Part shown: positions 1-9,363 of the stretch, piece by piece | Position numbering within the stretch: the first letter of the stretch is position 1 | Layout: every line of letters begins with the position of its first letter | Virus record (IMG/VR): IMGVR_UViG_3300025154_000016 | Location: 1-52,255 of that record | DNA from: a virus | Lineage: Duplodnaviria > Caudoviricetes | Reading direction: 5' to 3' (one strand) | DNA length: 52,255 nucleotides | Made by a program: the position numbers and the translations under genes | Notes under the pieces: model-generated | Seen by the model: only the letters and a program-made list of their open reading frames with translations | Told to the model about the DNA's origin: nothing | Database searches by the model: none

Positions 1-127
1 AATCATTCATTTAGGGTTGCTCCTTTTCATATCTAATTGTTCTAATGCCTTCCATTTTTCGACTCGTTTTAAGACCCAATCAAAAAATGCGGGTGTTGAA
101 TGATGTTCATCTTCTAAATCTGAAATC
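1..127. repeat. Terminal direct repeat, left copy (circularisation overlap)
   Basis: Bases 1-127 (aatcattcatttagggttgc...ctgaaatc) are identical to 52129-52255. Confidence 0.97.
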
Positions 128-186
128 ATATTCTTGAGATCATAAATAATTTCATTCTTATGATCATGTATCCAAATTCCTTTCAT
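7..186 (-). CDS. Small hypothetical protein, paralogous to the N-terminus of 38284-38805
   Basis: Probable start is MKGIWIH after a GAAAAGGAG SD (the ORF track extends it to 243). It shares DLKNMISDLEDEH with 38284-38805. Confidence 0.7.
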   Translation of the reverse strand: MKGIWIHDHKNEIIYDLKNMISDLEDEHHSTPAFFDWVLKRVEKWKALEQLDMKRSNPK

Positions 187-695
187 TAAGGTTGCTCCTT
201 TTCTATTTGTTCTCTTTTTTGGAAATCTTGACAGAGTCGACATTCATGATAATCTAATATATTTCCTTTTCGAGATTGATGCTTTTCTAACGTGCATTCA
301 CATACTGCATCCATGTTTAATTTTTCCATAGGCACAATCATTTTGGTTTGAGTTTTCCAATCATACACATATTTTTGAGCATGTTGGCATGTCCAATAAT
401 GTTGCTTTTGATAATAACCAATTGTGGTGCATAAAAAAGCTCCTCGACCTTGTTTAGAATCATATAACCATCGAGATCGCAATTCATTATCTTCATCCCA
501 ACCTAATCCATAACGACAATATCGAGTATCAATATCGAGAGTATATTTGGCTCTGATTTCGTCTAAATCGTTGGTTTTAAAGTTCTCTTCTAATATATTC
601 ATATCAATATCTTCTAATCCCACTTTGCCTTTGAAATGCAATTGGTGATCATATTCAAACATAAATTCTTTTTCGTTTTTAGTCATAATTTTCAC
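186..695 (-). CDS. Hypothetical protein, Cys/His-rich C-terminus
   Basis: 169-aa ORF in a tightly packed - strand gene run. Confidence 0.7.
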   Translation of the reverse strand: MKIMTKNEKEFMFEYDHQLHFKGKVGLEDIDMNILEENFKTNDLDEIRAKYTLDIDTRYCRYGLGWDEDNELRSRWLYDSKQGRGAFLCTTIGYYQKQHYWTCQHAQKYVYDWKTQTKMIVPMEKLNMDAVCECTLEKHQSRKGNILDYHECRLCQDFQKREQIEKEQP

Positions 696-716
696 GTCCT
701 GATTCGATTCAAAAAA

Positions 717-1205
717 TTAGGTCTCATGCTCCGTAATTTTGGTATATTTGTTTTTCTTATTAATTTTCATACGCTCAAAGAATTCCCATAAATGCATATA
801 ATCATTCATATATATTTCGATTAATAATTTCTCTGCAGCACAATCCAATAATTCCACATGACATTCAGTCGAATACCCTTTAGGATTAAGTCGTTCAATT
901 TCATTTAAGAAATAATTACATGCTAACAAGGACTCTTTACAGCCCCCTTCATAATGTCCACAATAAAACCATACCGTATATCTCACATGGGGATAACAAT
1001 CTTGTGAGTCTCGGCGTTGAATGATAAAACCACTGTTGTGTTGTCCAACATGTTCGGGAAAAATCTGTCGAAAAATATTAAAAGCATCTTTGAGATAAGA
1101 TTTTACTTTTGTCCACGGGACAACGGTATAGCCATATTCTTTATGATGATAATTGGGGTGTATGTGTTGTAATGCCCAATCGCGATAATAGGTCTCTTTT
1201 TTCAT
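717..1205 (-). CDS. Hypothetical protein
   Basis: 162-aa ORF with an AGGAG SD upstream. Confidence 0.7.
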   Translation of the reverse strand: MKKETYYRDWALQHIHPNYHHKEYGYTVVPWTKVKSYLKDAFNIFRQIFPEHVGQHNSGFIIQRRDSQDCYPHVRYTVWFYCGHYEGGCKESLLACNYFLNEIERLNPKGYSTECHVELLDCAAEKLLIEIYMNDYMHLWEFFERMKINKKNKYTKITEHET

Positions 1206-1238
1206 TGTTGTTTTCTCCTTTCTATTAATTTAAAAAAA

Positions 1239-1481
1239 CTATTGTTCATGCTCCGTGATCCGATAGAGATCGGTTAAGATGTCTTTAATCTGAAGATAAT
1301 TATTCACATATCTTTCCAAAATCTTTACAATTGAGTTTAATTGCGTGAGATTCATCATTGATTCACTTCGTAAATTATATAAAAGCACCCAATCTTCATT
1401 AGATAAAAAGGGCATAATTTTAGAAATTATAATTACTTCTGATTCTAATAAGGTAATTTTATAGCGTTTCTCAATGTTCAT
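1239..1481 (-). CDS. Hypothetical protein
   Basis: 80-aa ORF coupled to the upstream gene (ATGA overlap, GGAGG SD). Confidence 0.6.
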   Translation of the reverse strand: MNIEKRYKITLLESEVIIISKIMPFLSNEDWVLLYNLRSESMMNLTQLNSIVKILERYVNNYLQIKDILTDLYRITEHEQ

Positions 1482-1783
1482 TTAAAGTCCTCCGCTTTGT
1501 CTAAATACTCATGATAAGATTCTTCTTTTGATTCTTCAAATAAATCATCATCATCTTTTATAGTATCAAAAAATGGCGTCCAAGATTGAACTTGATTTTC
1601 TAAAAGAGTTTGATATTCTTCCCGGGACAAGACCACCTTAATCTTAAAATTCCGATGGTCTAATAACATTCGAGTTGCCGTTTCACAACAATGAATTGCT
1701 TCTTGTTCGGTATCAAATAAGCGTTCAAATTCTACCCAATCGTTTAACAAGAATTCATAGGTCACGAGCCACTGCACCATTAT
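1478..1783 (-). CDS. Hypothetical protein, acidic C-terminus
   Basis: The ORF track gives 1478-1846. The likely start is near 1780 after GGAGG. Confidence 0.55.
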   Translation of the reverse strand: MMVQWLVTYEFLLNDWVEFERLFDTEQEAIHCCETATRMLLDHRNFKIKVVLSREEYQTLLENQVQSWTPFFDTIKDDDDLFEESKEESYHEYLDKAEDFK

Positions 1784-1962
1784 TGTTTCCCTCCATAGAG
1801 TTTCGCCCATTTTTGATAAACACCACATTGGTCTTTTCCAATACATATATCAAAAAAACAACAAACACATGGACTCAACACATGGGTATACCCGCAGTCA
1901 CATTCCGCAATCCCTTGATAATAAGTTAAGGGATTTCCACAATCGGGACACTCGTCACTCAT
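1780..1962 (-). CDS. Small zinc-ribbon protein
   Basis: Contains CPDC...CDC...CVCC...C motifs and has a GGAGG SD. Confidence 0.65.
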   Translation of the reverse strand: MSDECPDCGNPLTYYQGIAECDCGYTHVLSPCVCCFFDICIGKDQCGVYQKWAKLYGGKQ

Positions 1963-2220
1963 TTACATTCCCTCCAAATAATGAAATTGTTTTTCTAACC
2001 ACCACTCTTTAATCCACAATCCATTTCCTTCTAACGGGACTTCCATATTCTCTAAAACTGATAAGGGTATCCAAATTGTTCGTTTATTATATAAATTAAA
2101 CGCAATTGCACGAGGTCGCCGTGCTTCAATCTTGCCTATAATATATACATATTCATTCTCTTTACGAGGTAATTGAGCAAACCAATCATTTAGATTTAGC
2201 ATTAGATTAACCCCCACCAA
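1963..2220 (-). CDS. Small conserved phage-type beta protein
   Basis: The pattern RAIAF...IWIPLS...LWIKEWW.EK resembles a common small phage family (KAil..vWiPkS...ipeW). Confidence 0.55.
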   Translation of the reverse strand: MVGVNLMLNLNDWFAQLPRKENEYVYIIGKIEARRPRAIAFNLYNKRTIWIPLSVLENMEVPLEGNGLWIKEWWLEKQFHYLEGM

Positions 2221-2287
2221 TACTCTAACGAGATCCCCCAGTTTTGGAGGGTCTGCATCAATTCAATTTCCGATAAAAGAAAAAAGA

Positions 2288-2824
2288 TCATTTATTGACA
2301 ACCTCCAACAATTGCACCATCCCACACCGAATCTTTCCAGTAGTATTATAGGGAACCACAATAGAACATAATGCTTCAATTGGAATCAAGCATTTCCAAA
2401 TTGGATTTGATCTTGAACAATTACCTTTAACCCAATCTAATGTTGCAACATTAATTCCACATCCACAATCATTGGTCGGTAACGGATTGACATTTTCGGT
2501 TAAAATAGATTGTTGTTCAATCTTCCAATTTGGATTTGGTTGATAATTTTCATGAAAGGTTTTATAACAGATTAATCCTAAATTAATCATTTCAAAATGG
2601 GTTTTAAGATATTGAATAGGATCAAATAGGTTTTCAGCCTCACTTAAATCAGCCCCACTTAAATCTGCCCTACTTAAATCTGCCCTACTTAAATTAGCCC
2701 CACTTAAATCAGCCCCACTTAAATCTGCCCTACTTAAATCAGCCCCACTTAAATCGACGGTATATCCGCAATCGACACAAATTAATTTCCACAAAATTTG
2801 AAAAGTTATCATTAATGTTCCCAC
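2288..2824 (-). CDS. Pentapeptide-repeat protein with a conserved phage C-terminal domain
   Basis: Has (A)DLSG/ADLSR repeats followed by CGCGINVATLDW and VVPYNTTGKIRC. Confidence 0.85.
   Translation of the reverse strand: MGTLMITFQILWKLICVDCGYTVDLSGADLSRADLSGADLSGANLSRADLSRADLSGADLSEAENLFDPIQYLKTHFEMINLGLICYKTFHENYQPNPNWKIEQQSILTENVNPLPTNDCGCGINVATLDWVKGNCSRSNPIWKCLIPIEALCSIVVPYNTTGKIRCGMVQLLEVVNK
2636..2755. repeat. 15-bp tandem repeat encoding the pentapeptide units
   Basis: Eight copies of ACTTAAAT at 15-bp spacing, from 2642 to 2747. Confidence 0.9.
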
Positions 2825-3135
2825 TCCTTCCGGGTAATAATCCGATAACCGATATTTTCGACACCGTGTTGTTTAATAAATTCAATATAGATTTTATTTC
2901 CGTTGACTAAATCCGAATCGATATATTGATTACATTCGGGGGCGGTAGGATTAATCCCTAAAATTCCTTTGACAAGTAATGTGCGGAAATCATAAAATTT
3001 TTTAGCTTCTAATTTTTGAATAATTCTTCCGTCTTCCGCAAAGATTGCAGGAGATCCCCAAACCGACCATAACGAATGTCGTTTGACCATTCGCTTCCAA
3101 TATTGTGCTTTTGATTTTGCCATAGTTTTCACCAT
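2812..3135 (-). CDS. Hypothetical protein
   Basis: 107-aa ORF. The leader ATGGTGAAAACTATG suggests the true start is 3123. Confidence 0.65.
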   Translation of the reverse strand: MVKTMAKSKAQYWKRMVKRHSLWSVWGSPAIFAEDGRIIQKLEAKKFYDFRTLLVKGILGINPTAPECNQYIDSDLVNGNKIYIEFIKQHGVENIGYRIITRKEWEH

Positions 3136-3406
3136 AGAGTTATTTTAAAAAAATTAGAGTTTATAACACGCTTCGCATAAACAAGCAACATCATTTTCAC
3201 GTTCATAATCATCATTTTCTTTCATAATTACTGCCGAAACAATATAACATTCCATTTCGGGAAAGATTCCTTTTTTACATTTAGAGCATTGCATAGTTTT
3301 CACCATGTTATCTGACCTTAAAAAAAGTCATTATAACTCAAATAGAAGACTGAATAAAAAAGGTAAGGCTTATAACTTATAGGTTGTAATCTTAGATTAC
3401 ACTTTA

Positions 3407-3598
3407 TTATTCATAAAACGAATCTAATGGACAAGGATAATTCGCATGACAACACCCTAATTCATCGGCATTTATACATTTTGTATCTGGATGTGCAAGA
3501 CAAGTATGCCCATAGATTTGACGACAATCATAACATACACCACCTTTAACAAAGGGATGTAATTCTGTTTTACAATATCGACAGTATTTTCTTTTCAT
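3407..3598 (-). CDS. Small Cys-rich protein
   Basis: Contains CRYC, CYDC and further Cys/His residues. Confidence 0.55.
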   Translation of the reverse strand: MKRKYCRYCKTELHPFVKGGVCYDCRQIYGHTCLAHPDTKCINADELGCCHANYPCPLDSFYE

Positions 3599-3604
3599 AG
3601 ATAA

Positions 3605-3856
3605 TCACACAAGTGAGTTTTTAGATCGCAATAATTGAAATCGTAACAGGGGTTGCTTGACTAAATAATGTAATTGGATTGCTTTTTGATAATTTGTTTC
3701 AATTAAGCGATTATTGGGATGTGGGGGAGTCGATTTCCAGTTTAACGGATTATTGATATATGGATAATTTAATAGTTCCATCCCAAAGGTTGATGCGGAA
3801 TCCGAGAGATAGATGTGTCGATAGGGATTATAATAAGTATCGTTAGAATCACACAT
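3605..3856 (-). CDS. Hypothetical protein
   Basis: 83-aa ORF in the packed gene run. Confidence 0.45.
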   Translation of the reverse strand: MCDSNDTYYNPYRHIYLSDSASTFGMELLNYPYINNPLNWKSTPPHPNNRLIETNYQKAIQLHYLVKQPLLRFQLLRSKNSLV

Positions 3857-3857
3857 C

Positions 3858-4220
3858 TTAAATTTTCCCTCGCATTTCTAAATCTGGAATATGGTCTTTA
3901 AAGACTTCCACATACAATTCGTAGGGTTTAAACTCGATATAGGGATAGAGTTGACAAATCTTATAATAAGTGTCTAATTCGGAGCAATCAATGACGTAAG
4001 ATTTGTGTTTGGTTTGTGGATTATAGGAAATCCGTAAATTAATAAAATGGGAGAGATCTAAATGGGTATTCTGAAAAAAAGGTAATGTCCCAAATCCGCT
4101 TAACGTAATCTCATTTAACCAATGCACCCGAATCCACATGACTTTAAAGTGCCGTTCGAGTTCCGAACTTAAATTATAAAAAAGGGTTTTAAGATAATCA
4201 CTCATAGGATTTAATGCCAC
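3858..4220 (-). CDS. Hypothetical protein
   Basis: 120-aa ORF in the packed gene run. Confidence 0.6.
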   Translation of the reverse strand: MALNPMSDYLKTLFYNLSSELERHFKVMWIRVHWLNEITLSGFGTLPFFQNTHLDLSHFINLRISYNPQTKHKSYVIDCSELDTYYKICQLYPYIEFKPYELYVEVFKDHIPDLEMRGKI

Positions 4221-4359
4221 ACTCCATTTGTTTTACATTCAATAACCAAAACGGGTTTATCGGCATGATTTTCTTTATCACATTGCTTACAGAACCCGTT
4301 ATGGATAAAAAAGGTCTTAAGACTAATCTTTTTATGACAGTCACCGCATTGGGGCATTT

Positions 4360-4575
4360 TTAATCATCCTTATGCTCACGGGGGCAATACTCTTTAGCGT
4401 CTTCTAAATCGATCAGATCTAATTTGGCTTTGGCATATTTGCAAATTGCTTCGTCAAAGTTCTCAAAGAAATCCCAAAGATCTTTTTCTTTATCGGTTTG
4501 TAAGATTTCTATTGCGCGTTCGATAATATCGTCATTCTCGATTTCAATATCGAAAGTTTGGGTGGTTTTTTTCAT
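4360..4575 (-). CDS. Small acidic hypothetical protein
   Basis: 71 aa, AGGAG SD, overlaps the upstream stop codon. Confidence 0.65.
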   Translation of the reverse strand: MKKTTQTFDIEIENDDIIERAIEILQTDKEKDLWDFFENFDEAICKYAKAKLDLIDLEDAKEYCPREHKDD

Positions 4576-5126
4576 ATTATTTTCTCCTGTTTGATCGTAG
4601 ATTTTAATTGTTCTAATTCATGTTCTAAAAAAAGTTGGGCGGACATAATATTTTGTTTGAGAGTAGAAAGTTTTTCATGGTCTTGGTTCAGATCATTAAT
4701 GGATTTATCAACCATTGTGTGAAAATGTTTCATTTGGGATTCCAACCATGCAACCCGGTCATCTAATCGATCTAATCGTTTTTCCAGATAGGACCGTAAT
4801 TGATTATATTCGGGAGTTGCATCTACATAGGTTTTATAGAGAAATTGGTTTTTATCAAAATCGGTAATCCGTTCAACGAGATAATTTAAAGATTGAAAGA
4901 GAATATGGATATGAGTATTTTGCATTTCCATGATTTGATAAGGGGTCTTTTCTTCGATTGTTTTTGGACCTAATGTATGAACCCGTATATCGAGGGGAAT
5001 ACATTGACTTTCAAAATACCGATTCACATCGTATTTTAATTCAGATAAAAGACTCGCTTTCAGATTCTCGATCAGATTGATTGGTTCCATCATTTTCCCT
5101 CGTTTCGTTGCTATATTCATACACAA
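4572..5126 (-). CDS. Coiled-coil hypothetical protein
   Basis: Heptad-like L/E/Q/K-rich C-terminal half. Confidence 0.65.
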   Translation of the reverse strand: MCMNIATKRGKMMEPINLIENLKASLLSELKYDVNRYFESQCIPLDIRVHTLGPKTIEEKTPYQIMEMQNTHIHILFQSLNYLVERITDFDKNQFLYKTYVDATPEYNQLRSYLEKRLDRLDDRVAWLESQMKHFHTMVDKSINDLNQDHEKLSTLKQNIMSAQLFLEHELEQLKSTIKQEKII

Positions 5127-5153
5127 AATCTAAAAAATAATAGTTCGTGTCAT

Positions 5154-5372
5154 TCAATAATTAAACCACCGTTGTTGGTCAAAGGTATGATATTGTCCAT
5201 CAAAATATTTATCGCCGCTTTCGGGAATAAACTCTCGTTCTAACACTCCATTATGAATTTTTAATTCCCCATTAGAAAAAAGTTCTAACGATAAAATCGA
5301 TGAACGATATTGATAGCCGTTTGGTTTTTCATAGGTAAACCAAAAATATGGATTGGTAGATGAGTTTGTCAT
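5154..5372 (-). CDS. Hypothetical protein
   Basis: 72-aa ORF in the packed gene run. Confidence 0.55.
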   Translation of the reverse strand: MTNSSTNPYFWFTYEKPNGYQYRSSILSLELFSNGELKIHNGVLEREFIPESGDKYFDGQYHTFDQQRWFNY

Positions 5373-5373
5373 A

Positions 5374-5559
5374 TTAATCTTTCCGAATCAATTTAAACAA
5401 TTCACAGAGGTGTTTATTCGGGATAAAAATATCGCTCATCGGTTCCATCTTAGAATTCAATTGAATCGGTTGATTAAATCGAAACTCAATCCCCATTTCC
5501 CCGTTTTGAGAATCAATCCGCAGAGATTCAATTTGGAGGTTCGCTTTGGTAATGCCCAT
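5374..5559 (-). CDS. Hypothetical protein
   Basis: The probable start is MGITK, after a GGAGG SD. Confidence 0.5.
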   Translation of the reverse strand: MGITKANLQIESLRIDSQNGEMGIEFRFNQPIQLNSKMEPMSDIFIPNKHLCELFKLIRKD

Positions 5560-5726
5560 TATTCCACAACCTCCCATTCGAGTAAATCATAAGAATCTCT
5601 TCCTATTTGTTCTAAAATCTCTTTATATTTTTCAGCATCGGTTTTATGTAAAAAGATTTTTTCAATGTGTTGTTCATCGGAAGCACAATGAAAGGAATCA
5701 TTATTACTAATAATATAAATTTTCAT
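5559..5726 (-). CDS. Small phage protein (MKIYII...IEKIF...AEKY type)
   Basis: TAATG coupling to the upstream gene, and a common small phage-protein pattern. Confidence 0.55.
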   Translation of the reverse strand: MKIYIISNNDSFHCASDEQHIEKIFLHKTDAEKYKEILEQIGRDSYDLLEWEVVE

Positions 5727-7279
5727 TAGATCAACCCCCGTGCCAACATATACCGCAATCCCCATGCACAATCTTTGGGAGTCCATTTCCCGTTCGAAGC
5801 TTTTAACATAAATTCTAATCGGTCGTCTTCTTTAACGTTAGTTCCTTTCATGACTTCCGCCATCTTTTCGACCCCTTTGACCATATTAATCATCAATTTA
5901 AAATAGGCCAAATCCACTAAATTCATTGCAGGGGGATTTTCGATCATTGTGCAAGCATCATGATACAAGAGAGCTAAGCGATCTTTTCTGTTAATTGGAT
6001 CATTGCACAGATTTTCAAATTGCTCTTGAATTTTCGCTTTCAATTGCGGACAAATCGGGTCTAACGCAATCTCAAAAGCAACAATATTTTGATCAGTAAT
6101 CACCAATTCTTCCGATTCTTGCAACCCTACGGACGCAAACCAATCTTCCCCAATCCGAATAAAATTCTCTTCGGTTAACAACGATTCATCGGTAATGGTC
6201 ATGGTTTGGAACGGCCACGGTTTAGTAATCTCTTTTTTGATCGGGAGTTCCGGTAAAGTGACTCTTTTAGTTTCATTCAAGGCTTTCAGATCGGGTTTTT
6301 TAGTTTGTTTGGTCTCGGATTTCTTTTCTTTAATTGGTTCTTCAATAATAGGTTCTTCATCAATAACTTCCACATGATCGGGAGGTGGTGGTAATTCCGC
6401 AATCTTATCTTGTTTGATTTGTTCGATTTCTTCTTTGGTAGGAGGACTAAAATTCACAATCTCGGTTTGAACGGGTTCTGCATAAAATTCGGGTTGATGT
6501 ACTTCGGAAACATCCACTTCTTTCATTTCGAGATCTTCTTCTAAATCAACCACTTCAAAGATTTCTTCGACGACGGGTTCTACAATCGGTAAAGGAGCGG
6601 GTTTCGGGGCTTCGGGAATTAATTGAGAAATAGTAATTGGTGCGGATTCTGTTTTAGGAACGGAATTAGTAAAGGAAGTCTGAATCGAATCCATTTCGTA
6701 AAAACCCGTATCCGTAATGGTCATGCCGTGAAGACACCCTCGATCTAACGCCCTTATCGCAAAACTATAATTGTTTTTCGCAATCATATTTTGCTGGTTG
6801 TTGTAGCCTTCCCAATTTTTATTATTCTTTTTGAGTAAACCTTGATCTTGAGCATCTACAATTGAAAATTTAAATAAAGTCCACGGTTTGCTTGGATTCA
6901 CACGGACATTCATTTTATGGATAGTATTCGACATTTCAATAACATCAAATTGAGCATAGGGATGTGCCGATTTAAACAGTGACATCGCGGTATCAATTCC
7001 AATTCCTAATGATCCTTGAATCATCATGAGTTCATTAGCGAAATCTTCGGGAATCCCACGGGCTTTACAATAACTTAACCGAATCGCATATTCATCGCGT
7101 TTATATTGTTCATCACTTTCTTTGCTTTTTGGAACGGGCGGAAAATGTCCGTGATCCATATAAATTTGAGCGACATCCCGATATTTGTAAAACGACGGTT
7201 CTAATTGGGCTTCCACGGCTGCCACTCGTTCCTCAAAATCATCTATTTTTGGTTCTTGTTGTTTGGGTTCTTTCATCAT
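5726..7279 (-). CDS. RecT-like single-strand annealing protein with a long acidic/Pro-rich linker and a C-terminal domain
   Basis: The N-terminal region LMMIQG...FSIVDAQDQGLL...NWEGY...NMI...SFAIRAL...LHGM matches the phage RecT-like pattern (FsmdDA..aGL...nW..YP..Ml...a.fa.R....l.G). Confidence 0.6.
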   Translation of the reverse strand: MMKEPKQQEPKIDDFEERVAAVEAQLEPSFYKYRDVAQIYMDHGHFPPVPKSKESDEQYKRDEYAIRLSYCKARGIPEDFANELMMIQGSLGIGIDTAMSLFKSAHPYAQFDVIEMSNTIHKMNVRVNPSKPWTLFKFSIVDAQDQGLLKKNNKNWEGYNNQQNMIAKNNYSFAIRALDRGCLHGMTITDTGFYEMDSIQTSFTNSVPKTESAPITISQLIPEAPKPAPLPIVEPVVEEIFEVVDLEEDLEMKEVDVSEVHQPEFYAEPVQTEIVNFSPPTKEEIEQIKQDKIAELPPPPDHVEVIDEEPIIEEPIKEKKSETKQTKKPDLKALNETKRVTLPELPIKKEITKPWPFQTMTITDESLLTEENFIRIGEDWFASVGLQESEELVITDQNIVAFEIALDPICPQLKAKIQEQFENLCNDPINRKDRLALLYHDACTMIENPPAMNLVDLAYFKLMINMVKGVEKMAEVMKGTNVKEDDRLEFMLKASNGKWTPKDCAWGLRYMLARGLI

Positions 7280-7527
7280 TGATTTATTCCCTCGATTTCA
7301 TTCCATTCATCTTCTTCGGTACCATCTTCGGTTAACATTGAAATTTGGTCACACCAATCTTTAATGGTATTAAGTCCGCGAAGTTCAATCATTTTTTCTA
7401 AAATGGTGGACATTCCACTTTCATCTAATTCGATAACCAAATTCTCATCTTTTCGATTTAATCGTAATAATAAATTTGGTCCATGTTGTCCCAAATACAT
7501 TGTTTGTGCTTTTTGATCTTCATTCAT
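7276..7527 (-). CDS. Hypothetical protein
   Basis: 83 aa with an AGGAG SD and an acidic tail. Confidence 0.65.
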   Translation of the reverse strand: MNEDQKAQTMYLGQHGPNLLLRLNRKDENLVIELDESGMSTILEKMIELRGLNTIKDWCDQISMLTEDGTEEDEWNEIEGINQ

Positions 7528-7563
7528 TTTAAAATCTCCTGGATCGAATTAATAAAAAAAAGT

Positions 7564-8424
7564 TTAGGTAAACTCGATATGATCAACCGTGCAAGAATAT
7601 TTGTAAAAAGCATTTTTATTATATTTAATTTCAGAAGTGAGAATAAAACAATAGACTTTATCAATATTCTTATTGTTCTTCTTATTATATTCGGCTAACA
7701 GTTGATCGGTAAGTCCAATATTTTTTAGAATTTCTGTTGAATCACAATAACTTTTAACTTGATTAAATTCAAATTCATTATTGGCATTAATTGGAATAGG
7801 ATTATCTTCAGCATCATTTTTATAAACAATTTGTGTGTTTTTCCAAGTATTTTGATAATAAATAAAAGAACCTTTTGTTTTCTTATCATTATATTCAACA
7901 CCACCTAATTTTAATGAAGGTGTATTGTCTTCTTTTATTACATCACGAGTTTGTCGTTTCATGATGGTTTTACCTTCTTTATCTTTAAGTTCATTACCTT
8001 TTTCATCTTTTTTAGGTTCGGTAGTTTCATACCATTCTTTTTCATTTTCCATCATCACAAACCCATAATACAATTTTCTTCCAAGAAATGGATTAGGAAA
8101 CATTTGTTTAATCGAAAGGGTTTTTCCGGTAGGTGTATAATCGCGCCATTTGGCGATTTGGGGATGTTGGATATTCATAAAAACCGTATCGAGATCCACA
8201 TACCCTTGGGTTTTTAAGACTTGTTTGACTCCTAAATCTTTCATAATAATCTGTAAGGAACGTTCAAAGACATTAAACGGGATTACTTTGCCTTCGGCGT
8301 TCTTTTCACCTAATTGTAACACGGGAAATTTGAAGTCCCGAAAAGCGGTTTTGGTTGATTCGGCAGCAGCCAAATCAGGATCATTGTCGGTCCAGAGTTC
8401 CGACGGTTTTAAAAAGTTCACCAT
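7564..8424 (-). CDS. Replication-region protein, possibly ssDNA-binding
   Basis: 286 aa, beta-rich, with an AGGAG SD, close to the RecT-like gene. The function is inferred from context only. Confidence 0.6.
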   Translation of the reverse strand: MVNFLKPSELWTDNDPDLAAAESTKTAFRDFKFPVLQLGEKNAEGKVIPFNVFERSLQIIMKDLGVKQVLKTQGYVDLDTVFMNIQHPQIAKWRDYTPTGKTLSIKQMFPNPFLGRKLYYGFVMMENEKEWYETTEPKKDEKGNELKDKEGKTIMKRQTRDVIKEDNTPSLKLGGVEYNDKKTKGSFIYYQNTWKNTQIVYKNDAEDNPIPINANNEFEFNQVKSYCDSTEILKNIGLTDQLLAEYNKKNNKNIDKVYCFILTSEIKYNKNAFYKYSCTVDHIEFT

Positions 8425-8482
8425 AGTAAAATCTCCTATAAGGATTATATATCAATTAGAATTGTCAATAATAAAGTTCTAT

Positions 8483-8497
8483 CTTATATTTTATAAG
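8483..8497. promoter_or_regulatory. Palindromic operator-like site CTTATA-TTT-TATAAG
   Basis: Exact copies at 12253 and 50568, and variants at 41815, 15286, 15935 and 10415. Confidence 0.7.
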
Positions 8498-8531
8498 GGC
8501 CTTAAAATTTAAAGAAAAAAAGGATACCAAT

Positions 8532-9077
8532 TTAATTATTTTTAGAAGTATGAAACAACGGACATGCCATCGTCTCTTTTAACGGTTGGATTAAGGAACA
8601 ATGCTGATTAATCCGTGGTCGCACACATTCGGGATGTAGTGTTGAGGTAATGGTTTGAACTTCACAATCAATCACTTCTTCATGCGAAAATATACAGCGA
8701 TTAAAGAATAATTTGGCTTGCTCATACGACTCACAACAAATCTTTAAGAGATAATTCCAATGACCCGTTAATCGATAAACTTGTTGAATAAAGGGACAGA
8801 TATGCGTATTAAATAACGAATCACCTCTGGTTTTCAGAAAGATCATCAAATAGACTTGGGATTGAAGTTTGTTCGAATTAAACCCTTTTTGAACAACAAG
8901 TAATTGGTTTTTGAGTAGATAATCAATGCGAGCAAAAATTGCGGGTTGGGATAATTTCATGATTTGTGCAAGTTGGGTATTGTTTAACATTGGATTATCG
9001 GCTAACAATTGGATAATCTGTTCGTTTTTCTGATCATAGTCAATCGATTTCATATTTAATCCTCCTTTTCTAACCAT
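8532..9077 (-). CDS. Lrp/AsnC family transcriptional regulator
   Basis: N-terminal HTH (IIQLLADNPMLNNTQLAQIMKLSQPAIFARIDYL) and an AsnC/RAM-like domain (VYRLTGHWNYLLKI). The likely start is MKSID at 9053. Confidence 0.85.
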   Translation of the reverse strand: MVRKGGLNMKSIDYDQKNEQIIQLLADNPMLNNTQLAQIMKLSQPAIFARIDYLLKNQLLVVQKGFNSNKLQSQVYLMIFLKTRGDSLFNTHICPFIQQVYRLTGHWNYLLKICCESYEQAKLFFNRCIFSHEEVIDCEVQTITSTLHPECVRPRINQHCSLIQPLKETMACPLFHTSKNN

Positions 9078-9361
9078 TTTTGTAAAAGTTCTTTTTGTTT
9101 TTCAATTGGAATCTCAACATTGACTTGAATTATATTACTTAATAAATCAATATATCGACGAAAAGATTCTACAATCGATTCGGCGGGATAATATGTCATA
9201 TTTCCGTAACATCCCGCAACGTGCGTCAATTCATGGCATATAGAAGTATATTGAAAATTAATTAAGAAATTTTGACATGCACTTATAATTTCGTGTTCAT
9301 TTTCTTTTTCAATTTTATTAATATAATCAAATAAAAAATGAAACGGGGTTAAATGTAACAT
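9056..9361 (-). CDS. Hypothetical protein
   Basis: 101-aa ORF between PCNA and Lrp. Confidence 0.55.
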   Translation of the reverse strand: MLHLTPFHFLFDYINKIEKENEHEIISACQNFLINFQYTSICHELTHVAGCYGNMTYYPAESIVESFRRYIDLLSNIIQVNVEIPIEKQKELLQKWLEKED

Positions 9362-9363
9362 AT

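Noticed and set aside
2236-2260. Intergenic hairpin (GACCCTCCA-AAAC-TGGGGGATC on the - strand)
   Set aside because: It is a single imperfect stem, with too little evidence to call an RNA element.
2636-2755. Regular short repeats as a CRISPR array or iterons
   Set aside because: They are 15-bp tandem units with no spacers and are fully explained by pentapeptide coding.
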